A stretch of 64,000 nt of DNA, taken from Azolla caroliniana (Eukaryota > Plantae > Polypodiophyta). Positions 11,901 to 22,968 of this stretch are shown one piece after another. A program made the position numbers and the translations under genes. Numbering within the stretch: position 1 is the stretch's first letter; the number at the start of each line of letters is the position of its first letter. The stretch is taken from the NCBI GenBank assembly GCA_043228905.1, contig JBHGNT010000014.1, forward strand, positions 17,856,001 to 17,920,000, read 5' to 3'. The notes under the pieces were generated by a model. That model saw nothing but the letters and a program-made list of their open reading frames with translations. It had not been told where the DNA came from and did not search any database.

Positions 11901-13179
11901 AACTTAAAAAAGACCAAGATCAAAGGAGAAAGACAGTGAGAGATAGACAAAGATGCACACAATGTAACAGTCTTATGTTAGGATTCTGTCCCTCCGAATG
12001 GGAGAAGTCGGTTGTCAATTCGGAGAATCGGTAGTCGAAATCGGGTCAGTCGACCGGATGGGCTAGCAAGTCGACTTGGTAGTCGACTGGATGAAGGAAA
12101 TGAAGAATCGACTAGTCGGGTCGCCCAGATCGACCAGAGATAGACAATTTGGGGATCGATCATATTGGGTGGATGAACTAAGTGAAGGATAAGCCGATTA
12201 GTTGGGTTGAACGGATGGTCAATGAGATAGTCAGACTGACTAGATAGTCGACATAGGAGTCAACTAGTTGAATCGACTAGACTATCGACTTGTGGGTTGA
12301 ACAGTCGAGTTGACTAGTCAACCGGTTAACTATTATTACTATTATCCAATAATAACTTATTCCCATCTATAAATATGTGGATCTAGGGAAAAGTTTATAA
12401 GAGGTTTTTGGTGTAGAATTGTGTAGAGAAGAAAAACAAGAGAGAGTGAGGGAAGGTATAGTGAGATATACTTGCCGTCAAAACCCTAAGTAATGGATAC
12501 TCTATTTTGTAGAGTTTTGTAGTCTGATTTTTTGTCTTGTATATCTAATATATAGTGAAAGTCTATTGCCCCGTGGTTTTCCCTTGTTTTTTAGGGTTTC
12601 CACATAAAAGAGTGTGTATTGTGTATTTTGTTTTTTAATTGTATCTTTTAGTCTATCTTTCTCGGAAATCTATGGTCCTAACCTTAACAAACTGGTATTA
12701 GAGCAAGAGGTGCAAGGAGGGAAGGAGGTGTGAGTGGAAGATCTTCCTGTTCACGAGGTGTGGGTAGATCCTGAACAGGAAGGTAGTGGCCACCATCAAA
12801 CAATGTGTAGACGTGAGTGTCCTACAACATGGTGCTAATGACACAAATGCCTATGACCTGTAGCACAAACTGTTAGGCTTGTATGAAAGGAAGAATGCCC
12901 TCAACAAAGCTTCTCTGATGAGAAAGATTTTGATACTGAAGTATAGAGTTGGAGAAAGCATTGTGATACACATTAATACCTTTATGGGTTTAGTGAATCA
13001 ACTTGCAGTGGCGATGTTTCCGTTAGACGGTGCTCTATAGGCCATACTAGTGTTGTGTACCCTGTCGGATAACTGGGAGAACCTGATGGTGTCTTTTATT
13101 GCTTTGTGCCAAGAAGAAAATATGTCTTTACAAGTGGTAAAGACAAGTATCCTAAACAAGGAGACAAGAAGGAAGGACA

Positions 13180-13498
13180 TGTTGAATATGGGATCGGCTA
13201 CAACTTATTTCCAAACACAAACGAGGAAGACAGAAAATTGAAAATAACAGAAAATGATGCACTAACACAGAGACATAAGATATTAATGTGGAAACCCTGG
13301 AATGGGAAAAAAACCACGGGAGTTTGATCAATTCGGCTATTATCCGAATCTGTTATCGGTCAGTTGATTTTTCGGCCTTGGTCAAGTTGGCTATTGGCCG
13401 ATTCAGCTTTTCTCACAAATTGGTACTTAATCGACTCCATCCGATTCGGCTTGTGCTTTCTTCCCATCCTAATGAAAATGTGGCACAATATCCCAACA
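13180..13498 (-). mobile_element. Internally deleted LTR inserted in the gag of the 11976 element
   Basis: TGTTG...CCCAACA ends and the conserved LTR hairpin motif at about 13288-13320; no TSD preserved. Confidence 0.65.
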
Positions 13499-14665
13499 GA
13501 GGAAGAAGCACAGAAGTCCACAAAAGAGAGACAAGTCTCATGCTAGATACAAGTCCAGAGGAAAAATCACATGTTTTTATTGAGGAAAACGCAGACACTT
13601 CCAAAAAGATTGTCGACACCTTAAGAAAGACAAAGGTGCTTCGAACGATGTCGAACCTAGAAAGATTTCTAAGGAGAAGGGTACTTTAGCCATAACTACC
13701 AGTGAAGAAGAGCTCTTGTTCATTTGTGAGCAAGTGAATGTAAACCTTGCAAATGAAGAGTGCACTTGGGTGATTGACTACGGTGCATCGTTCCATTTAA
13801 CTCCTGCAAGAGAACATTTCTCATCTTATAGAGCCAGTGACTATGGCTATGTAAATATTGGAGATAATGGAGGATGCAAGATCATTGGTATCGTGAGTGT
13901 ATGTTTGACAATATCAATTGGTTGTAGGTTGATCTTGAAGGATGTGTGACATGTATCAGATGTCAGGCTAAATCTGATATCAACTGGAAGATTGGACAAT
14001 GAAAGCTATAGTGGTAGTTTTCAAAGTTTTATGTGGGAGTTTTGTAAGGGAAATCTCATAGTGGCCTGAGCACAAAAACGAGGCACATTGTATGTCATGC
14101 ATGCCAAGTTGTGCAAGGATGAAGCAAATGTGACAGTCGACTCAAATGGTGAGCTATGAAATAAGAGGTTTGGTCACATGAGCAAGAAAGGCATGCATAT
14201 TCTGACTGAGAAGGGACTTCTTCTAGAAGTAAAAGGGATACACTTGGAGAAATGTGTAAAGCAACACAGAGCTGCATTTCACTCAAGACCACCAAAGAGA
14301 AAAGAACGTGCACTAGAATTAGTCCACATGGATGTTTGTCATGTGGATGCTCAATCACACTGTGGTGGACAATATTTTGTAACATTCATTGACGACTACA
14401 ACAGAAAGTTGTGGGGTTCCGTGCTAAAGTCAAAAGACCAAGTGTTGTCGGTCTTTGAGGAATTTCAGGCCAGAGTTGAAAGAGAGTCTGGAAGAAAGTT
14501 GAAGGCTATTAGGACTGACAATGGTGGTGAGTACAGAGAACAATTCGAGGAGTATTGCAAGACACAAGGCATAAGACACGAATATACAGTGCCTAAGACC
14601 CCTGAATTGAATGGTCTAGTAGAGAGGATGAATTGAACAATAATGGAAAGAGTGAGGAGCATGGT

Positions 14666-15190
14666 TGTTGAGAAACGAATCGTTAATTCACAAGGAAAAG
14701 AAAACTCTAAAATACACAACTTGGAGACACAGAAAACAGTGTACACAGATTTAACATGGAAACCCTAAAACGGGAGAAAACCACGGAGAATGGAGCTTCA
14801 TTATGCAATGGATATAGAAATGATGAGATCAGAGTACAACACTCTCTACACAGAGTGTCACAGCCACACAGGGCTCTTGGCGTATGCTGTTATAGAACAC
14901 AACAATGGCACCGCTCCCTCTCTCTCTCACCTACTCTTGTTCACACACCTCTTTGTGACTATCTACAACACTATCTTTTTGTTCCTCTTTTTTTTTCTCT
15001 ATGATACATTGTTTGCCCTAGGTGTATTTATACTAATACACAATCTTGGCTATTTACAAATGTAGCCCCTACTACACATCACTACTATTATTACCTATAA
15101 TAATAAGTACCCATCATCCGACTCTAGTGTCGATTGTCTAGTCGGTCTTGTCTTTGACTTGGATCTCCTTTCTGTCGACTCTCACAGTCG
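14666..15190 (-). mobile_element. Truncated LTR inserted in the integrase of the 11976 element
   Basis: Starts TGTTGAG just after ERVRSM, carries the LTR hairpin motif at about 14756-14785, and is followed directly by RNase H text (deletion junction). Confidence 0.65.
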
Positions 15191-15804
15191 GGGGATGTGG
15201 ACTCTAGTCGATCCACATTAGGTTTTGTGATGACCTATACCTATGTAGGGGGAGCAATGTCATGGCTATCGAGATTGCAAAAGGTTGTGGCTTTGTCGAC
15301 CATAGAGGTAGAATATATGGTTGTGGTAGAGGCCGGAATGGAGCTGATATGGATTAAGAGTTTTCTCAGTGAACTAGGAATGAAGCAAGAAAGATTCCTA
15401 CTCCACTGTGGATGAACCAAGTGAAGGATAGGTCGACTAGTCGGGTCTACCAGATGGTCAATGACAAAGTCTACTAGTCTGACCAATTGGATAGTCAACA
15501 TAGGAGTTGGCTAGTTGAATTGACTAGATTGTTGACTTGTGGATTGAACAGTTGACTCGACTAGTGGGCCGATTAACTATTATTATTATTATTATTCAAT
15601 AATAACTTATTCCCATCTATAAATATGTGGAACTAGGGCAAATTTTATAAGAGGTTTTAGGTGTAGAACTATGTAGAGAAGAAAAACAAGAGAATGAGGG
15701 AAGGTATAATGAGATAAAACCCTAAGTGGTGGATACTTTGTTATGTAGAGTTTTGTAATTTGATTTTTCCTCTTGTATATATGATATATACTGAAAGTCT
15801 ATTG

Positions 15805-16100
15805 GAGTGAAAGTATGTGAATGGAAACATTATTCTAACTAACATATAGCTAAAGTGACCACAACTAAGTAGTTTTTTTAAAGCTAATATTTAGTGGGAA
15901 AATCTTAAAGATACATATAATTTATTATGGGGAGGGAAATATTACCATTTATGGTGCACATTTTAGTCGGTCTTTATTTGAGATCACATTTTGATAATCC
16001 CTAAAATTGCCAAAATATGCAAATTACATGCAGCTTTTTGCATCACTAATTAGTTATGTCAAGGACACATCTAATTGTTCGCATTCATGTGCTTTCACCC
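15805..16100. mobile_element. ~300-bp MITE inside the 3' LTR
   Basis: TIRs GAGTGAAAGTATGTGAATG and CATTCATGTGCTTTCACCC. It interrupts TATTG|CCCC, which is contiguous in the 5' LTR. Imperfect 3-4-bp TSD; superfamily unclear. Confidence 0.72.
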
Positions 16101-17049
16101 AGTGCCCCATGGGTTTCCATTGTTTTTTAGGGTTTCCATGTAAAAGAGTGTGTATTGTGTATTTTGTTTTTTGTTTTCTATCTTTCTCGAAAATCTACGG
16201 TCCTAAGTTTAATATCTTATTTCAAAAACATGTTTACAATACAAGAATAGCACAATCAACATCATCATGAACTAGGTTACAAGACCAGTTATATACTAAT
16301 TGGGTTAGGGCAACTACCCTTAAACATATTTACATAATTGTCCTAAATCGAGCATATTCAAAAGGACAATGTGGATATGGACATTATACACCTACATTCG
16401 ACACTCCCCCGTAATGGGCGTATACACTAAACACGTTCGCATTCATAAGTAGAAGGATTGTGTATTCCACTTATAGATTCCTTTTATAATCTTGCGATTT
16501 TAGGCAATTTTCAAAAACTTGATACGCCAGTATCACAAGTTTTAAATAGCATATAAGATTTGTTGATATTTTAAGATTTAAGAAGCGTCAAAATGAACAT
16601 TTCTAAAATTGAATATTTTTTCAATAAATGTTTAAACGTTCACGGTCTGCAGTTATGAAATGTAGTTAAGGTTAAAAAAAGCACAATGGTTAACTCAAGG
16701 CACAAGTTAAGATTAATGGTTTCACCATCTTAAGAAGATGTAGGTTCCATAAATGGAAGTGACATCTATTGTTAGACTTGAAAATGTTTTAAGTATGAGA
16801 GGTAACATTATAATCCTTAGTGTTAGCATTTATAAATTTAGTGCTCATCAACATCCATAAATTCACAACTCAAGAAATGTAGACAATATTCATAAACAAT
16901 TTTGATAGATTCACAACTCCAAAAATTTAGAAAATATTCATAAACTATCAAAACTGTCACACTTAGGCATGAACATTAATATATCAAATTGAATATATCA
17001 CATAGTTATCAAGGTATCCACACTGCTCTCCTCTTCTTCCTTTTGAGAA

Positions 17050-18092
17050 CTCCCCTACAAAATTTGTGCAATTAGTATCTACTCCACATAGGCTAGTAAC
17101 AATAGGGTTCTCAAATAACTCCTTGACAAAATCAATAAGCTCCCTAGGTTCGCCAGCTAAAGGAGGAATAGGTTCATGAGATGTAAATTGAAAATGTTAA
17201 GGCTTTAATCCTCATGTTAATGAAACTCACTTGCTCATCATCCTTTTTAAGTGCAACAGTATTTTTGAATAGCTTCCATGCTGATGTAGATGTAGTACAC
17301 ATTGACAATTAAAAATGAAGATTGCTTTAGCTAAACATAAACTATATTGATTTCTAAAGGCATAGCAAACAAAGTTATAATAATTTACCCGAACTAGAGA
17401 ACAAATCTAGTATCCAATCTCCTTTATTGGCGAAAATTTCATATGACAAATATCCATATTAAGTAGAATGTATTGATGGGAAAATCAAAATTCTCCATGT
17501 AAGATCAATATTCCTTACTAAGCAAGGTTTTCTATCCCATGGCAATGAGATCTTAAGGCTTATGCTATAGAGTATCCTTGGTCCATGATGCTATGGAATA
17601 CAACAATTCTCCATAAGGATGTTGTCATCAACTGTAACTGTGCAAAATCTTTCACCATCTTCTCAAAATGTTTGAACATAAATGGTTCATCATCGTATGT
17701 CAACATCAATAATATGTATTCCTTCGTTGGCAATATGTGTATCATCTTAGCCACATCACCAAAATAGACATTATAGTATAAATCTCACGTGACATCCTTT
17801 TTGTGGCTAAATTTCTTAAAAGTGACACCATCTTTTACACCATATGCCTTCACTAAACGATAATCCTTTTCTTTCTACGCTCTTTCAAGATGTGCAAGAA
17901 ATGTAAGAAAATCAATCTTTAACTTCTCTCGATTTCTTAGTATCACTATCTCGATATATCATTGTTGAACAATATTTCTTTGCTCTCTAACTATGCATGG
18001 CTTGCTCACGTTGAGTAGATTTTAAAGGCAAGCCTCGATTAATCAAACTAAATTTCTTGATTGTACGCTCATCCTGATTTTTAGTTGACATT
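17050..18092 (-). pseudogene. Relic of a beta-class DNA amino-methyltransferase (N6_N4_Mtase-like), apparently intron-containing
   Basis: Minus strand YNVYFGDVAKMIHILPTKEYILL... (17775 downward), then EIFANKGDWILDLFSSSG (17440-17389), a GTAAAT donor, and GTTSTSAWKLFKNTVALKKDDEQVSFINMRIKAL (17298 to about 17198). This matches the GDxVLDPFxGSGTTxxAAxxLxRxxxxxExD...R SAM-binding block. Contains stops and deletions. Confidence 0.68.
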
Positions 18093-18509
18093 CTAAGCGC
18101 AAAGATAAAAAAATATAGAGAAACTCAATTATATGAACCAATAAGTTATTTCTAACAACTTACATATTTGTTTCAAGATAGATTAACTCTAGAAAAGGGC
18201 TCTAAGTGCCAAAAAGAGACAGGTAGATGCAAAATATCCCAACAATTAATGAATTTTTGTTAAATAACATGCAAAACAAACACTAAATAGTGCAGTAAAA
18301 ACACTCCCATCAAACAATTTTTCTAATGGAAAATCTTAGAAAAAAATAGAAATTCATTACAAAAATAGAGATTATTTGTGAAAATATACAATTTATTCAA
18401 TAACTCGATACTTTTAATAATAAATAGAGACTTCATAGTACAATTTGATACAATGTATCGAGTTTATGTTGAAAACTCAAATTTTTACATCAACTCAATA
18501 CATTGTATC

Positions 18510-19168
18510 CATAGATTGACATATTCGCATTCATGGGGTTTTTCATTCGAATGCAAATGAATACGTATACGAATGCATGGTCAAGTATTCGTTTAAAATA
18601 AAATAAAATAAAAGATTACATGAACTCCCTCCTTTTTAGTTTCTTAGGATATAAAAAAGGGGACAATAAAAGAGGGACTTGACACTAATAAATATTTATA
18701 ATAAATCTAAAAGTATTCGTTTTATTTTTAATAGATAAATAAAATAAAATAAAGGTTCATTAATTCCTCACGTTTTATTCTCCAAAAATTTATGGATAGT
18801 TTTATCTCATATTAAAAATGGGACTTCACTCGAGTCATATTTCTATAATAAATATAAATTTATTTATTTTTGAAATTAATTAATTAAATTAAATAAAGGT
18901 TCATAAACCCCCCCTTTTTTATTTGACACTATAAAGGAGAGTTAGTACAAATCATATATTTTATAATCTATTAATGAATGATTGTTCTTTTTTTGGTGAA
19001 TTAAATTTTTTTAAATTTGTTTTAAAATTAATTAATTAATTAAATTTTTGTGTATTATTTTGCAAAACGAATGGTTTTATAATATTCTTAGGTCCATTTC
19101 GTATTCTTGAATATTACGAATATTGCGCATAGAGAATATCACGAATATCACACATGTGTCAATTTATG
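18510..19168. mobile_element. AT-rich hAT-type MITE
   Basis: TIRs CATAGATTGAC and GTCAATTTATG; 8-bp TSD ATTGTATC/ATTGTATT (1 mismatch). Confidence 0.82.
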
Positions 19169-19426
19169 ATTGTATTGAGTTGATGAAAAAAAAATCTTTA
19201 TTGAATTATATAAAAAAGTTGATTGTTTTGATTTCCATTCTTGATTTGTAACGGTTACCTCTTGTACATATATAAACCCCACCCATGGGGCATGAAATGT
19301 AATATAAGAAGTTTCCCTCCAATTTGTGTCTACCTCTCTTTCTCTCATTCTCTATTGCGTTCTCTCTCTCTTGCTCTCCCCTCACGCTCAACCCTTCTTG
19401 AAAAGGGGGTCCAATTTGTGTCTACC

Positions 19427-20842
19427 ACCCATGTCGATTCTTCGCCGATGATATTTACTTCATTTTGTTCACTGATGAATAACATCTCCTTCTCGCTCGT
19501 GGCGATGCCTGAGATGTTCTTGTTGTTCGAAATCTTCTTCGGCTCAACACCATCGGCTCCCCCTTTGCCCTTTTGGTAATGCCAATAGTTCTTCTGGAAG
19601 TGTCCCGACTTCCCACATTAGAATCACGTGGGCCTTCCCTTCAACTTTGACCTTGGTTTGGACCTGTCCCTATTTTGTGGAATTCTCTATCGACCCCTTC
19701 CTATGTTGGAGTCACCTTCTGTGATTAGGGTCTTATGATTGACTCTTCATCCTTCCGGTGAGCTTCTTCATTCAGCAAAGCTCAACTTCACCATCTCTAG
19801 GGACAACTACTTCTCTTGTGGTCCTGCGTTGCCCAAGGTCACCACGAGTGTCTCCCAGCTGTCTAAAAAGGATCCTAACAACAGTAATGCCAGTACCTCA
19901 TCAGCCAGAGGCACTTCTAGAGAGGTGGTCTGGTTGATTAATCCTTGGAAGGCAATCAAATGCTCAACCATGCTTGAGCGGTCCTGGTACCTCAATCTCA
20001 CTATCTTTTTGAAAACTAAAACTTTGTTTACGACGTTCTTGTTCTCGAACATGAACCCGATCTTCTTCCAAAGGACATCGACATTTGTCTCTTCATTGAA
20101 GTTATTGTTTAAACTCATGTCTATAAAACACCTTATGTATGTAGCTGCCTTCAGATGCATGACTTCCCAAGTCCGACGCATTGATCTTGTCGAGCCATAA
20201 GTCTTTGTGAGCATGTCTATCATCTTCGACTTCCAGACAGAGTAGTTGGAACCATTTAGCTTGAACATCCCACCAAATGAGTCATCCATATTTCTACTGC
20301 TTGAAGGTTAGGAACCTTAGCTTTGATATCAATTTTTTATCATATGAGACCGACCACAACCGGTTCCCAAGTACAAAGAAGAAAGAGCAATAACAGTAGG
20401 AGCAAGAAGATAGAAAAAACACAGACAACAAGACACAAGATATTGACGTGGAAACCTTGAATGGGGAAATCCACGAGAGCCCACAAACTCCGAACAAAAT
20501 CACTATGTCAAGAGAGTATACAAGAGACTCGCAAGCAAAGACCTCGAGCTCGTCTTAGTCTAACCAATTGATACACACACACACACTCTCTCTCTCTCTC
20601 ACTCTAGAAACCCCAAATTACAACTCTATACATCCTCATATTCATAATGATTGCCCTAGGTGTATTTATACTAAGACACAATATGGGCTATTTACAAATG
20701 TAGCCTCTAATCGGCTTTCTGCCCTCAACCAAACTTCATCCGATTTCACTCTCATCCGATCTGGTTTCCGGACGGTCCGACCCCTTTCATCAAGAACCCG
20801 CTTCTTTGCACATCCCATCCGGAGGGACCAGTTTTCCCAACA
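19427..20842 (-). mobile_element. Truncated Ty1/copia: 5' LTR (about 20338-20842), PBS and gag
   Basis: gag MDDSFGGMFKLNGSNYSVWKSKM (20289-19807), a decayed CCHC knuckle at about 19575-19630, and a PBS-like TGATATCAAAGC at 20331-20320. Confidence 0.85.
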
Positions 20843-20962
20843 CGCATATCATTTGGAAGTACTTATCATATATTTGACAAGTTTTAACACGTTGTTATCT
20901 AAGGCCTCAATAATGGGTTTCGGCGCAATATATTAAACATGGTCCAAATGACGAGCTACAGA

Positions 20963-21868
20963 CATAGATTGACATATTCACATTCGTGGGGGTTACCATA
21001 CAAATACGCATAAGAATACATGAAAAAATATTCGTTAAAAAAGAAAAAAAAAGAGTTCCTACTTTTTAGTTTCTAATATATATCATATAACAAAGAGACT
21101 TTCACATTAAATATGGGATATTTAACTTGACATTAAAAAAAGAGGCTTACACTAAATAATATTTTTATATAATAAATAGAAAACTTAAAACTTAAAAGTA
21201 TTTGTTTTATTTTTAATAAATATAAAATAATAAATAAAACGTTCATTAATTTCCCACTTTACTCTCCCACAAAAATTGATATTTTTATATGTTATAACTT
21301 ATTAAAAGGGAACCTCGTACTAATAATATTTTTATAATATATATAAAATTTAAATTGTTTTATTTTTTAATAAAACGAAAAATAAATAAATAAACTAAAT
21401 AGAAGGTTCCCATAAATTTCATATTTTTATTTTACATTAAAAAGGGGAACTCACACTAATAATATTTATCAAACTTAGACGTATATGTTTTAATTTTTAA
21501 TAAAATAATAAATAAATAAAATGTATGTAAAATAAATAAAAGGTTCTCACAAAATTTTATATCTTTATCTCACAATAATATTCTTATAAATTATAATAGA
21601 TGAAAAACTTTAAAGTATTTGTTTTATTTTTAATAAAAAAATAAATAATAAATAAAAGGTTCATTAATTTCCCGGTTTTTAGTCTCTTAACATTAAAAAG
21701 GGGACCTTAGATTAATAATATTTTTATATATAATATATAAATTTATTTGTTTAAATAATAAATAAATAAACGAATGGTTTTGTAATATTCTTGCGGTCAT
21801 TTTGTATTCTCGAATATTACGAATATTACGGGATGTCGAATATTAGATCATGCATGGGTCAATCTATG
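20963..21868. mobile_element. AT-rich hAT-type MITE, same family as 18510-19168
   Basis: Perfect TIRs CATAGATTGAC/GTCAATCTATG and a perfect 8-bp TSD GCTACAGA (20955-20962, 21869-21876). Confidence 0.9.
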
Positions 21869-22165
21869 GCTACAGATATTGTTGTTCTGATTGATTTTTT
21901 TTACAGTATTAGTATTAGGGATTGCAACAGAATTAGAATATGCGCAAAGCAGACATTCATTCTAAGTATCATACATTCAGTCATTCTAAGCATTCGTTCA
22001 TTTTCATGTGCAATGTTAGAGACAATCTGTATGTCTTCAGGTTTTCTAATGGCTTTACAAGATGTCACTCTTGAGGTTATGTATATGTAGACTAAGGTTC
22101 TCTAATTCATAGCTTTACCAGATGTGTCCCTCTTCCCTATCTCCCTACCAGGTAGGGTTTAGGGT

Positions 22166-22395
22166 TAAGAATGAGTAGGAAAACCCTAATAGGTAGAGGT
22201 AGGTACAAGAATGAGTTGGAAAACCCTAATAGGTAGGTAGGTAGAGGTACAAGAATGAATAGGAAAACCCTAATAGGTTCAAGGATGATTAAGAAAACCC
22301 TAATAGGTACAAGAATGAGTAGGAAAACCCTAATAAGTACAAGAATGAGTAGGAAAACCCTAATAAGTACAAGAATGAGTAGGAAAACCCTAACA
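22166..22395 (+). repeat. 30-bp telo-box-containing tandem repeat upstream of P450 copy B
   Basis: About 7 units of GTACAAGAATGAGTAGGAAAACCCTAATA(A/G). Confidence 0.85.
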
Positions 22396-22968
22396 AGTTA
22401 GGGTTTTCACAACAAAGAGAGAGAGAGTCATGAAATACTTGGGACGCAAGGAGAAAATGGTGACTTCTTCTTCTTCTTGGAGGAGGAGGAGCATCAGTCA
22501 GTCAGCGAGAGAGAGAGAGACGTAGAGTTGAGCTTTCTCGTGGGGCGCAAGGGAATGGCTTATAACAGACAGACAGACAGACAGACTCGGTCAAGGAAAG
22601 GCGGATAACAGGCCACCACGTCATGGCTCACGTACACAACCGTCAAGGAAAGGCGGATAACAGGTTTTTTCTTGCTTCTTTTCACCCCTCTTTTTCTGCA
22701 CTATAAAAAGATTTGATCCCCAAAGAAGACAAAACAACACAAACCAGAATAACAGAATCCATAAGCTACTAATATAATTGAGACATTGAAGGTTATTTAT
22801 CCTCCATTTAATCATTACTGTAATCTCTAATCTCATAATTGGCTTCTTGATTGGATTGGATTGGATTGGATTGGATTGGATTGGATTGGATTCGACCCAT
22901 CCCCCCTCACCCCCCAAAAATTCGATATCCGATCCGTGGAAAAGATCGACTTCCGAAACTCTCCTATA

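Larger units (their letters stand above)
11976..16214 (+). mobile_element. Degenerate Ty1/copia LTR retrotransposon
   Basis: 5' LTR 11976-12689, then a tRNA-iMet-type PBS TGGTATTAGAGC (12693). gag, protease (WVIDYGASFH), integrase (RTDNGGEY) and RNase H (ALSTIEVEY) fragments. Truncated 3' LTR about 15405-16214. TSD TCTTA (11971-11975, 16215-16219). RT is deleted. Confidence 0.88.

Noticed and set aside
16420-18300. CACTA termini around the DNA methyltransferase relic
   Set aside because: CACTA/TAGTG pentamers occur, but without matching extended TIRs or a 3-bp TSD, so the carrier element stays unassigned.
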